Below, one piece after another: positions 17,201 through 23,921 of a DNA stretch of 52,185 nucleotides (position 1 is the stretch's first letter; every line of letters starts with the position of its first letter). Under the pieces are notes generated by a model, which saw only the letters and a program-made list of their open reading frames with translations, did not search any database and was not told the origin of the DNA. The translations under genes were made by a program, and so were the position numbers. The DNA is taken from the IMG/VR virus record IMGVR_UViG_3300045996_002710, positions 1 through 52,185 of that record. One strand, 5' to 3'. The DNA is from a virus.

Positions 17201-17466
17201 GACGGGTTCCCTTCGGTGTCGGGGCCGACGAGCGCCTCGGCGAGCCCGAGGGCGAGCGCTTCGAGGCGGCACCACTCGTCGAAGCCGATGACCCGGATGC
17301 GGTTGCTGGAGTGCGGGTGGAACACGGGCCGGGCGGACTCGACGACGCCGGTGAAGATGCGCAGGGCGGCGTCACGGTCGACGGGCTTGCTGACGTGGAG
17401 GTCGGGGCCGGCGAGGGTCGTGACGGTCTGGACGACCACGTACTGCTGCTGGGTGAGGAGGTTCAC
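17197..17466 (-). CDS. Hypothetical protein (89 aa)
   Basis: Minus-strand ORF in the coupled operon. Confidence 0.6.
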   Translation of the reverse strand: MNLLTQQQYVVVQTVTTLAGPDLHVSKPVDRDAALRIFTGVVESARPVFHPHSSNRIRVIGFDEWCRLEALALGLAEALVGPDTEGNPS

Positions 17467-17696
17467 AGCGCCACCAGCGCAGCCTCGGCACGCGCGGCCG
17501 TCGCGTCGAAGGTGGCGCCGTACGTGCGGGCCCAGCCGTGCGCGGCGTCGGCGAGGGTCACACCGGCCGGCATGTCGGCCTCGGTGGCGCAGACCTTCAC
17601 CAGGTCGCCGTTGAACCGCTCGACGACCGCCATCTGCTGCTCGCCGCCGGTCCGTCCGACGGCCTCGATCGTGATGGTGTGTTTGTCGGTGAGCAC
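17463..17696 (-). CDS. Hypothetical protein (77 aa)
   Basis: GTG start preceded by GAAGGAGAG. Confidence 0.6.
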   Translation of the reverse strand: MLTDKHTITIEAVGRTGGEQQMAVVERFNGDLVKVCATEADMPAGVTLADAAHGWARTYGATFDATAARAEAALVAL

Positions 17697-17778
17697 TTGG
17701 TACTCTCCTTCTCGTCTGGGCGGTCCGCGCTTCGTGATGGGAGAGGCGGGCCGCTTTGCTGTGTCCCGGCAGGGCCGG

Positions 17779-18933
17779 CTATCGCTGGGTGCGCTCGTTC
17801 CAGAGCGCGAGGAGGTTGACGACCTCGGCGATGCGCCCGAGGGCGTCGCCGATGCGGGTCATCTCGTCCTCGGTCATGAGCGGGCCGAGGACGTCAGAGT
17901 CGATGCGGTCGAACACGTCGGCGAGCGCTTCGATCGCGGCGACGGGGTCGGGGCGGTCGAGCTCGTCCAGCTGCTCGCCGAGTTCTTGGGGGTCTCCCGC
18001 AGGAGCAGCGACGGACACCCCTGTCGCCGACTGCTCCTGCGGGAGTTCGACCGTGTCGGAGGACTGCCGGGGGGCTTCGTCCTGGACCTCGGTCTCATCG
18101 CCGTCGGCGTCGTTCGAGACGTCGCCGACTAGCGGCTGTGCGTCGGACGGCGCTGGCACGCCGTCCTCATCACCCGGGCCAGCAGTGCCCAGGTGGTCTG
18201 TGGTCTGGTGCTGGGCGCGGATCGCCTCGGCTTCGGCGATCGTGTTGAAGCCGTCGAAGACGACGCCGCATGAGCACTCGACGCCGCACTCGCCTGGTGT
18301 GCCGCCCCAGCCGGCGCGCTGGGTGTGCGCGGCGGGGGTGACGGCCGCCCCGTCCCCGTCGAAACCGGGGGCGGGGACGGCCGCTGGGGTGCCAGCATTG
18401 GCGGGCCGCGCCCCATCTGCCGCAGGGACAAGATCCGCGGCAGCCGTCTTCGTCAGGTGCGCCTCGACCGCGGCCTTCGCCGCCGGCACGAGGTCAAGCG
18501 GGTCCCCGCTTGTTCCATTTGGAACAAGCTGACCCGGGTTGAGCTGCCGGTTCACGGTGGCGACCCCGACACCGACCATGTCGGCGATCTGCCGCTGCGT
18601 CCGCCGCTGGTCCCGCGGCAGCTGCTGCTGCTCCGCGGCGACCATCTCGACGACGGTGCGCGCGACCTCCTTCGTCGGGCGCATCCCGAGGCCCGCGGCG
18701 ACAGGCGCGACCCGCTCGTCCCACCAGTCGGCGAACGTGCCGAACCCCAGTTCGACCCACGCGGCGTGCTCGACGATCCAGTCGAAGTCGGCCTTGGCCG
18801 TCGCCATCGACCGCAGGAACGACCGCTCATGGCGGGCTGCTTCGTCCGCTGGGTCGGTGACGGCCTCCAGGCGCTGGTCCCGCAGGGCACGCAGCGCGGA
18901 CCCGGAGTAGGTGTGGTGCCGGTTCTTCGCCAT
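17779..18933 (-). CDS. Early DNA-binding protein with internal HTH (384 aa)
   Basis: Trimmed to the ATG at 18933. RTQRQIADMVGVGVATVNRQL HTH-like segment. Contains the CTTGTTCCA-tt-TGGAACAAG palindrome at 18509-18528. Confidence 0.7.
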   Translation of the reverse strand: MAKNRHHTYSGSALRALRDQRLEAVTDPADEAARHERSFLRSMATAKADFDWIVEHAAWVELGFGTFADWWDERVAPVAAGLGMRPTKEVARTVVEMVAAEQQQLPRDQRRTQRQIADMVGVGVATVNRQLNPGQLVPNGTSGDPLDLVPAAKAAVEAHLTKTAAADLVPAADGARPANAGTPAAVPAPGFDGDGAAVTPAAHTQRAGWGGTPGECGVECSCGVVFDGFNTIAEAEAIRAQHQTTDHLGTAGPGDEDGVPAPSDAQPLVGDVSNDADGDETEVQDEAPRQSSDTVELPQEQSATGVSVAAPAGDPQELGEQLDELDRPDPVAAIEALADVFDRIDSDVLGPLMTEDEMTRIGDALGRIAEVVNLLALWNERTQR

Positions 18934-18935
18934 GG

Positions 18936-19145
18936 CTACGCCGCCTCGATGTCGAGGTCGCCGGCGGGCTCGTCGAGGAACCACAGGCGGAGTGCCTCGT
19001 CGGAGAACTGGACGTCGGTGCGCTCGCGGAGCTTCCGGCCGATGTAGGCCCAGCTGCGCTCGTCGGCGCGGAGGTTGCGGACGAAGTCGGCCAGCGGTTC
19101 ACCGAGCTTCGCTTCGAGGAGGAGGACCGTCGGCGTTTGCTTCAC
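18936..19145 (-). CDS. First early-lytic gene; Cro-like/early regulator candidate (69 aa)
   Basis: The GTG at 19145 lies about 7 nt downstream of a -10-like CAAGAT, so the transcript looks leaderless. Divergent from the repressor gene. Confidence 0.55.
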   Translation of the reverse strand: MKQTPTVLLLEAKLGEPLADFVRNLRADERSWAYIGRKLRERTDVQFSDEALRLWFLDEPAGDLDIEAA

Positions 19146-19152
19146 GACCCAT

Positions 19153-19269
19153 ATCTTGGTCTCTCGCCAACTTTCTCGTCAAGCTCCCAGACCTAGTCCG
19201 TTCGGCCAGATGTCGGGGTGAGGTTGGCATGGGTTGCCGTTGGCAAATATGTTGGCGATACGCCAAGAT
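19153..19269. promoter_or_regulatory. Immunity switch: divergent promoter-like elements with an inverted pair of 19-bp operator-like elements
   Basis: GTTGGCGATACGCCAAGAT (19251-19269, plus strand) and GTTGGCGAGAGACCAAGAT (reverse complement of 19153-19171) match at 16/19. -35-like TTGGCA at 19240-19245 and TTGACG on the minus strand at 19177-19182. Confidence 0.55.
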
Positions 19270-19275
19270 GTGCGC

Positions 19276-19812
19276 ATGACCGCGAACCCTGACGAAGGCG
19301 CGATCGGGGCAGCAACTGCCGCCGGGCCGCGGGTCGGACGCATCCCCGCCGACACCTTCAGCAACCGGCTCGTGCTCGCGCGAAGACTCGCCGGCATGAC
19401 GATCGAGGAAGCCGCCGAAGCTGCGAATCTCAGCAAGTCCAGCTGGGCGAACTGGGAGAACGGCAGACGCCCACAAGGTCAGGTCGACGTGTGCCAGGCC
19501 ATCGCGAGCGCGCTCGACGTCGACTTCAACTGGCTTCTGCTCGGCGGGGCACTGGAGTCCAGCAGGGGCAGACCCACCAAACGGTCAGTGCCGGGCGCCG
19601 GACGGGGTGATGCCGAGGGAAAAGCGGGCGACGTCAGTAACCTTGCAGTTTCAGCTGATGCCTGGTCGGCCGAGCCGATCGGCGAACTCGGAAACCGTCG
19701 CGGATCTGTTTCGACCGTTCGGCCATCCGACACTCGGCCGAAGGTGCGAAGCGATTCGTCTCGCTCGAAATCACCGTCTGTAGCGGGTAGACGAGCGGCC
19801 CCCATCTGGTGA
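19276..19812 (+). CDS. XRE/cI-like immunity repressor (178 aa)
   Basis: FSNRLVLARRLAGMTIEEAAEAANLSKSSWANWENG HTH. Trimmed to the ATG at 19276. Directly upstream of the integrase, overlapping it. Confidence 0.8.
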   Translation: MTANPDEGAIGAATAAGPRVGRIPADTFSNRLVLARRLAGMTIEEAAEAANLSKSSWANWENGRRPQGQVDVCQAIASALDVDFNWLLLGGALESSRGRPTKRSVPGAGRGDAEGKAGDVSNLAVSADAWSAEPIGELGNRRGSVSTVRPSDTRPKVRSDSSRSKSPSVAGRRAAPIW

Positions 19813-20723
19813 GCCGGAACGATGAGCAGGTGCCGTCTTGGATGCCGAGGCGATCAACGGAACGTGAGGCCACGATCGCATATATGAGAGATCTTATCGA
19901 TCGGCACGTCAGGCACTGCTTAGCCACCGGCCTCGCGGAGACCACCATCGACAAGCGGCAGGAGCTGCTCCACCGGCTCGACCGCACGCTGCCGATGGGC
20001 CTCGGCCAAGCCACCACCGAGGAGCTCCAGGACTTCCTCGCCCGCTACCGGAAAGCCGAGACGAAAGCGTCCTACTACGGGCACATCGTCGGGTTCTTCC
20101 GCTGGGCATGCGACCCGCACGCACCAAAGATCGACTACAACCCGGCGATCGGGCTCAGCCGGCCCCGGACTCCGCGAGGCCTACCGAAACCGGCCACCGA
20201 CGATCAGGTCGCATTCGCGCTCGCGACCCTGCCCTACCCGTGGCTCGCCTACGTCGCACTCGCCGCGTACGAGGGCGCCCGCTGTATCGAGATCGCTCGG
20301 CTGCGCCGGGAGGACGTCACGGAGCAGGAGACCAGGCTGCACGGCAAGGGCGACAAGGTCCGCGTACTCAAGACCCACGCCGAGGTGTGGCGCATCGTCC
20401 GAGGCCTGCCGCCCGGGCCGATCGCCCACCGCGCCGCCGGCCGTGAACCGGTCGACGCCGACTACGTCTCCGCCAGCACCCGCGGCAAGCTGATCCGCAT
20501 CGGCCTCGAAGGGATGACCCTCCACCGGTTCCGGCACTGGTACGCCACGACGCAGCTGAAGCCGGTGAAGTACGGCGGCGCCGGCGCCAGTATCCGGACA
20601 GTCCAGGAAAACATGGGCCACGCCAACCTGGCCAGCACCGCGATCTACACCCTCGTCACCAACGAGGAGCGAGCCGACGCTATCGACTCGCTCCCCACCT
20701 TCCGAGCCCCGGCATCCTGGTAG
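19809..20723 (+). CDS. int: Tyrosine recombinase / phage integrase
   Basis: Catalytic pattern ARCIEIARL (R), GKGDKVR (K), HRFRHWYAT (H-x-x-R), GHANLASTAIYT (H..Y). GTGA overlap with the repressor stop. Confidence 0.9.
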   Translation: MSRNDEQVPSWMPRRSTEREATIAYMRDLIDRHVRHCLATGLAETTIDKRQELLHRLDRTLPMGLGQATTEELQDFLARYRKAETKASYYGHIVGFFRWACDPHAPKIDYNPAIGLSRPRTPRGLPKPATDDQVAFALATLPYPWLAYVALAAYEGARCIEIARLRREDVTEQETRLHGKGDKVRVLKTHAEVWRIVRGLPPGPIAHRAAGREPVDADYVSASTRGKLIRIGLEGMTLHRFRHWYATTQLKPVKYGGAGASIRTVQENMGHANLASTAIYTLVTNEERADAIDSLPTFRAPASW

Positions 20724-20748
20724 AAGTCGAAGCTTGCGCACAGTGTGA

Positions 20749-20780
20749 ACCGCCCCGGATGCAGATGCATCCGGGGCGGT
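20749..20780. terminator. Bidirectional hairpin between convergent int and 20808..21230
   Basis: ACCGCCCCGGATGCA-ga-TGCATCCGGGGCGGT with perfect 15-nt arms. Confidence 0.6.
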
Positions 20781-20807
20781 CTGCTGTACCGGGAAATCGA
20801 CGCAGAG

Positions 20808-21230
20808 TCAGTGCGATCGGCCGGGGTCCTCGCCATACCTTCGGAGGATCGCCCTCACGTCCGTGGTGTCGCCATCGACATCGGCCGCGATCTCCTGCAC
20901 CGTCCTGCCCTTCTGGAACCAGCGGAGAATCAGCTCGCCGAGAGTACCAAGGCCGTGCTTCGGCGGCTCGACCAACCGCGGCTCCGGATGGACGACGACG
21001 ACATCGGCCTTACCTTCGACGTCGGCGGCGAGTTGCTGCACTGCCCGGGAGTCGAACGCAGCAACGACGTGCCGGATCCGGCCGGCCCGGGCGAGGTGGA
21101 CGACGTCCTCTGGCTGCCAGTGCGGGACGATCGCGAGCACCGACCAGCGCTGACTCAGGGCGTAATCGATACAGGCGAGCCGCTGCTTGTCGGCTGGGGC
21201 GCCACGCTGGATGAAGATGACGGCTGGCAC
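20808..21230 (-). CDS. Resolvase-fold-like N-terminal domain lacking the catalytic Ser, plus a C-terminal HTH (140 aa)
   Basis: VIFIQRG..CIDYALSQRWSV..ARAGRIRHVV resembles a serine-recombinase N-domain without the YxRxS serine. C-terminal LILRWFQKGRTVQEIAADV. GTG preceded by GGGAGGAG. Confidence 0.45.
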   Translation of the reverse strand: MPAVIFIQRGAPADKQRLACIDYALSQRWSVLAIVPHWQPEDVVHLARAGRIRHVVAAFDSRAVQQLAADVEGKADVVVVHPEPRLVEPPKHGLGTLGELILRWFQKGRTVQEIAADVDGDTTDVRAILRRYGEDPGRSH

Positions 21231-21439
21231 GTTCTCCTCCCGCTCCCCCAGAGTGGGCAGGCAAGGGGAAGCGGCGAGGGGCGCCGTTGCCTACACGGTC
21301 GGTTGAAACATTCCGGGGTGTCGGATCAAGGACAGTTAACCGACCGTACAGCGGACCGTAATGGATGCGTAATGTTCTGACCCATCCCCTGATCGGATGA
21401 TCTCGCACCGTCAGTCCGCCAATACTTAGCGTCCGGAAA

Positions 21440-21667
21440 CTACGTCGGTGGTCGATCCGCCACGAACACCGCCTGGCCAGGCTGGCCGCGGGTCCACCCC
21501 TCGACGCGCAGGATGCGCATCGCCGAGACGATGGCGTTCTGCTTCCACCCGTCGGCCTTCAACGCCGACGTCGACGGCAGGCGGTCGCCCGGCCTGAGTT
21601 CGCCGGATCGGATCTTCGCGCGGTACAGCTCGGCGAGCTGCTCGTACAAGGGCATGGCTGTAGGCAT
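21440..21667 (-). CDS. Stand-alone GntR-type winged-HTH regulator (75 aa)
   Basis: LYEQLAELYRAKIRSGELRPGDRLPSTSAL..AIVSAMRILRVEGW..GQAVFV. Trimmed to the ATG at 21667 (GGGAG upstream). Confidence 0.75.
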   Translation of the reverse strand: MPTAMPLYEQLAELYRAKIRSGELRPGDRLPSTSALKADGWKQNAIVSAMRILRVEGWTRGQPGQAVFVADRPPT

Positions 21668-21709
21668 GGTCAAACTCCCTGGGTCGCACCCCAAGGTGAC
21701 CATCGCGGT

Positions 21710-21765
21710 GTTGACCATGTCAACCATGTCGAGCAGCTTACTACCTACTCGACTATGTCGAGTAG
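21710..21765. promoter_or_regulatory. Operator-like palindromes in the divergent region upstream of the GntR-like gene
   Basis: GTTGAC-cat-GTCAAC at 21710-21724 and CTACTCGAC-tat-GTCGAGTAG at 21745-21765. ATGTCGAG occurs twice. Confidence 0.55.
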
Positions 21766-21904
21766 GTGCGCTACGGTCGAGCCGAGCCCCGCTCCCTGGG
21801 TCGCACCGGGACGGGGGCTCGCCCCGGTGGACGCGGGACCAGCTGCGAGCCGCGGGCCGGCACCTGCGGCCCCGCGTCCACCCCCACACCTCCGGGGAGG
21901 AACC

Positions 21905-22039
21905 GTGGTCACCGACAGCGGTATCAGGCACCGGCGGTGCTGGTGGCGGCTCGACCGGCACTGCGCCGGCTGCGCCCAGCCCTGGCCCTGCTACGTCGTC
22001 ATCGCCGCCCGCGCACGCAGCTGGTGGCGGTGGGCATGA
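21905..22039 (+). CDS. Small Cys/Trp-rich protein (44 aa; alternative ATG start at 21755)
   Basis: GTG preceded by GGGGAGGAACC. Motif CAGCAQPWPC. The stop overlaps the next ATG (ATGA). Confidence 0.5.
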   Translation: MVTDSGIRHRRCWWRLDRHCAGCAQPWPCYVVIAARARSWWRWA

Positions 22040-22281
22040 CCTCCGTCGACGTCGAGGCCATCACGACCTTGACCGCCCAGCACGTCGTCGGCCGGACCGT
22101 CGAGGACGACGGCGAGCTGAGCTTCTGGGTCGAGGACGGCGGCGGGACAGCGGTGGAGCTGACCCACGAGATCGGCAACCCGGAACTCGCCGCACGGCGG
22201 ATCACCGAGTTGGCGAACGCGCTGCACCTGCACGCCGAGCGGATCCGCGGCCGGAACCGGGTCGAGGTGTCCTGGACCTGA
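22036..22281 (+). CDS. Hypothetical protein (81 aa)
   Basis: High GC3. ATGA-coupled to 21905..22039. Confidence 0.6.
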   Translation: MTSVDVEAITTLTAQHVVGRTVEDDGELSFWVEDGGGTAVELTHEIGNPELAARRITELANALHLHAERIRGRNRVEVSWT

Positions 22282-22406
22282 ACCCGCGGGTGCAGGCGCT
22301 GCTGATCGCGGTGGCCGGTGCTGGTCGTGGTCTTCACGGTGAACGCAGTACTGATGGTCGGGCTGGCAATGGCGGCTCGGTAGGGGTCATCCGTTCGGGG
22401 GATGCG

Positions 22407-22424
22407 AACGCAAGCGCTTGCGTT
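22407..22424. promoter_or_regulatory. Perfect 18-bp palindrome AACGCAAGCGCTTGCGTT, 14 nt upstream of the ATG at 22438
   Basis: Read directly from the sequence. Confidence 0.55.
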
Positions 22425-22437
22425 GCATGATGGACGC

Positions 22438-22656
22438 ATGACACAGAGACCGCGAGACCCACTCGGAGCCCGAGTCGACCTCACCGTCCGCGGCCGGCGC
22501 GTCCTGATCGTTGAGGACCTCGCCGAGAAGCTCGGCAAGACCCCGAGCGCGATCCGCTCGACCATCCACCGGCAGCAGGTCGTGCCGGCCGGTTACGTCA
22601 CCCGGAACGTCCCCGTCTACTACCCCGAAGACCTCGGCATCAAGGAGGAGCAGTGA
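22438..22656 (+). CDS. Small HTH DNA-binding protein (72 aa)
   Basis: VEDLAEKLGKTPSAIRSTIHRQ segment. Trimmed to the ATG downstream of the palindrome. Confidence 0.6.
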   Translation: MTQRPRDPLGARVDLTVRGRRVLIVEDLAEKLGKTPSAIRSTIHRQQVVPAGYVTRNVPVYYPEDLGIKEEQ

Positions 22657-22907
22657 CCGTCCAGCTCAGCACCGAGAACGCAACGCTCCTCGCCCAGATC
22701 GGCGTCAAGAACGCGCTCAAGGCACGCGCTGCGTGGGAGCAGGCGCAGGAGTCGGCCTACGAGATGGCGAAGCTGGCCATCAACGCGGGAGCGGACCCGG
22801 ACGAGATCATCCGGCCCCTCAACGACGTCCTCGGCTCCGACCACCTCGGCGAGCTGGCCATGCTTGGCAACTACGTCCAGGACCAGCAGATGGTCGCGAC
22901 TGGTTGA
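22653..22907 (+). CDS. Hypothetical helical protein (84 aa)
   Basis: GTGA overlap with 22438..22656. High GC3. Confidence 0.6.
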   Translation: MTVQLSTENATLLAQIGVKNALKARAAWEQAQESAYEMAKLAINAGADPDEIIRPLNDVLGSDHLGELAMLGNYVQDQQMVATG

Positions 22908-22931
22908 ACGAGTCATCTTGCAACGCCGAAA

Positions 22932-22962
22932 AGCGCCCCACCCGAAGACCGGGTGGGGCGCT
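22932..22962. terminator. Bidirectional intrinsic terminator between the plus-strand operon and the end of the late operon
   Basis: 13-bp stem AGCGCCCCACCCG-aagac-CGGGTGGGGCGCT. A T-run follows on the minus strand (cttttcgg). Confidence 0.8.
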
Positions 22963-22999
22963 CTCGTTGATCCCGTTGGACCCGGGAAGCGGCAGGGGG

Positions 23000-23287
23000 T
23001 CAGTAGCCGCGGGCCTGCCGGACCGTCTCCGGGACGGACGGCGGGTACTCCGGTGCCTTGCCGGCGCCCAGGCCGACCAGCAGCTTCCCGAGCCACGGGT
23101 ACGCCTTCTCCACCGCGCGGGCGACGGCGTAGTAGACCGCCGTGACGAGCGCGGCCACGCCGACGACGAGGGAGCTGGAGGCGTCCTCGGGGACGACGAC
23201 GTTGTAGTTGGTGGCGAGCCAGGTCAGGAACGCGCCGACACCGATCGGCACCCAGGTCCGAACGAGGCTGGTGATGAAGTCGTTCAT
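23000..23287 (-). CDS. Holin-like two-TM membrane protein (95 aa)
   Basis: Trimmed to the ATG at 23287 (GAAGGAG upstream). Hydrophobic segments TWVPIGVGAFLTWLA and LVVGVAALVTAVYYAV. Last gene of the late operon. Confidence 0.65.
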   Translation of the reverse strand: MNDFITSLVRTWVPIGVGAFLTWLATNYNVVVPEDASSSLVVGVAALVTAVYYAVARAVEKAYPWLGKLLVGLGAGKAPEYPPSVPETVRQARGY

Positions 23288-23358
23288 GGGGCACTCCTTC
23301 GTGGAGCTGTTCAGGGGAACCGGCGATTGCCTGAATGGCGGCCGGGGTGGTTCAGGGT

Positions 23359-23628
23359 TCAGGCGGTGACCCAGTCCTCGGCGAGGATGTCGGTCTGCGA
23401 GGCGACCCACGGCACGTACTCGCCGTCGACGGTCCGCATCGCCAGATAGGGGCGGATCACGATGGTGTCGCCCTCGTTGACGTGGAAGGCCTTGGCCGAG
23501 TTCGCGTTGGCCGGCACGCCCTGCGGGTAGCCCGGCTGCAGCGCGATCCACATGCCCTTGCCGTTCCAGCCGTCGCGGGCTGCGCGGCCGCCAGCCTTCA
23601 ACGCGTTCAGAACTGCTCCGAAATCCAC
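23359..23628 (-). CDS. DUF2829 / Tad2-like protein (anti-Thoeris gcADPR-sponge family)
   Basis: FGAVLNALKAGGRAARDGWNGKGMWI ... PYLAMRTVDGEYVPWVASQTDILAEDW matches the DUF2829 hallmark pattern. GTG preceded by GAAGGAG. Confidence 0.75.
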   Translation of the reverse strand: MDFGAVLNALKAGGRAARDGWNGKGMWIALQPGYPQGVPANANSAKAFHVNEGDTIVIRPYLAMRTVDGEYVPWVASQTDILAEDWVTA

Positions 23629-23660
23629 ACGATCTCCTTCAGGGGTATTAGGGATAGACC

Positions 23661-23760
23661 GCGCCCCGGCCCGCGTGCTACCCGCTACCCCTAGACGGGG
23701 ACGCAGGCCGGGGCACGACAGAACGCCCGCGGCCTGTCCGGCCTACGGGCTAACTTGAGG
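23661..23760 (-). other. Structured leader upstream of the Tad2-like gene (nested GC-rich hairpins)
   Basis: GCCCCGGCC (23663-23671) pairs with GGCCGGGGC (23706-23714), enclosing CCCC-taga-c-GGGG. A further GCCCG..CGGGC hairpin lies at about 23722-23747. Confidence 0.4.
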
Positions 23761-23767
23761 GGAGTGG

Positions 23768-23795
23768 AAGAGCAGAAAGCACCGAAGTGCGGTGC
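23768..23795 (-). terminator. Intrinsic terminator after the endolysin/membrane-protein pair
   Basis: On the minus strand: GCACCG-cactt-CGGTGC followed by TTTCTGCTCTT. Confidence 0.6.
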
Positions 23796-23921
23796 GATCA
23801 AGCTACGACCGACCGCGACCGGTGACGTCGAGGTGCGATGCACGAAGGCGCCGGGGCATGTCGAGCGCGGCGACCCGGACCACTACGGGAAGACGGGGCT
23901 GTTCCCGTTGACCTGGACCGA

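Noticed and set aside
21513-22430. 305-aa plus-strand ORF and 188-aa minus-strand ORF 21999..22565 across the lysogeny-side region
   Set aside because: Gly/Arg/Pro-rich frames that run through two shorter genes with proper RBS and ATGA coupling and through the 18-bp palindrome.
23629-23921. Possible tRNA or tmRNA in the larger non-coding gaps (also 49682..49972 and 21231..21439)
   Set aside because: No GGTTCGA-type T-loop with matching 5-bp T-stem and 7-bp acceptor stem could be found by eye. A tRNAscan-SE run would be decisive.
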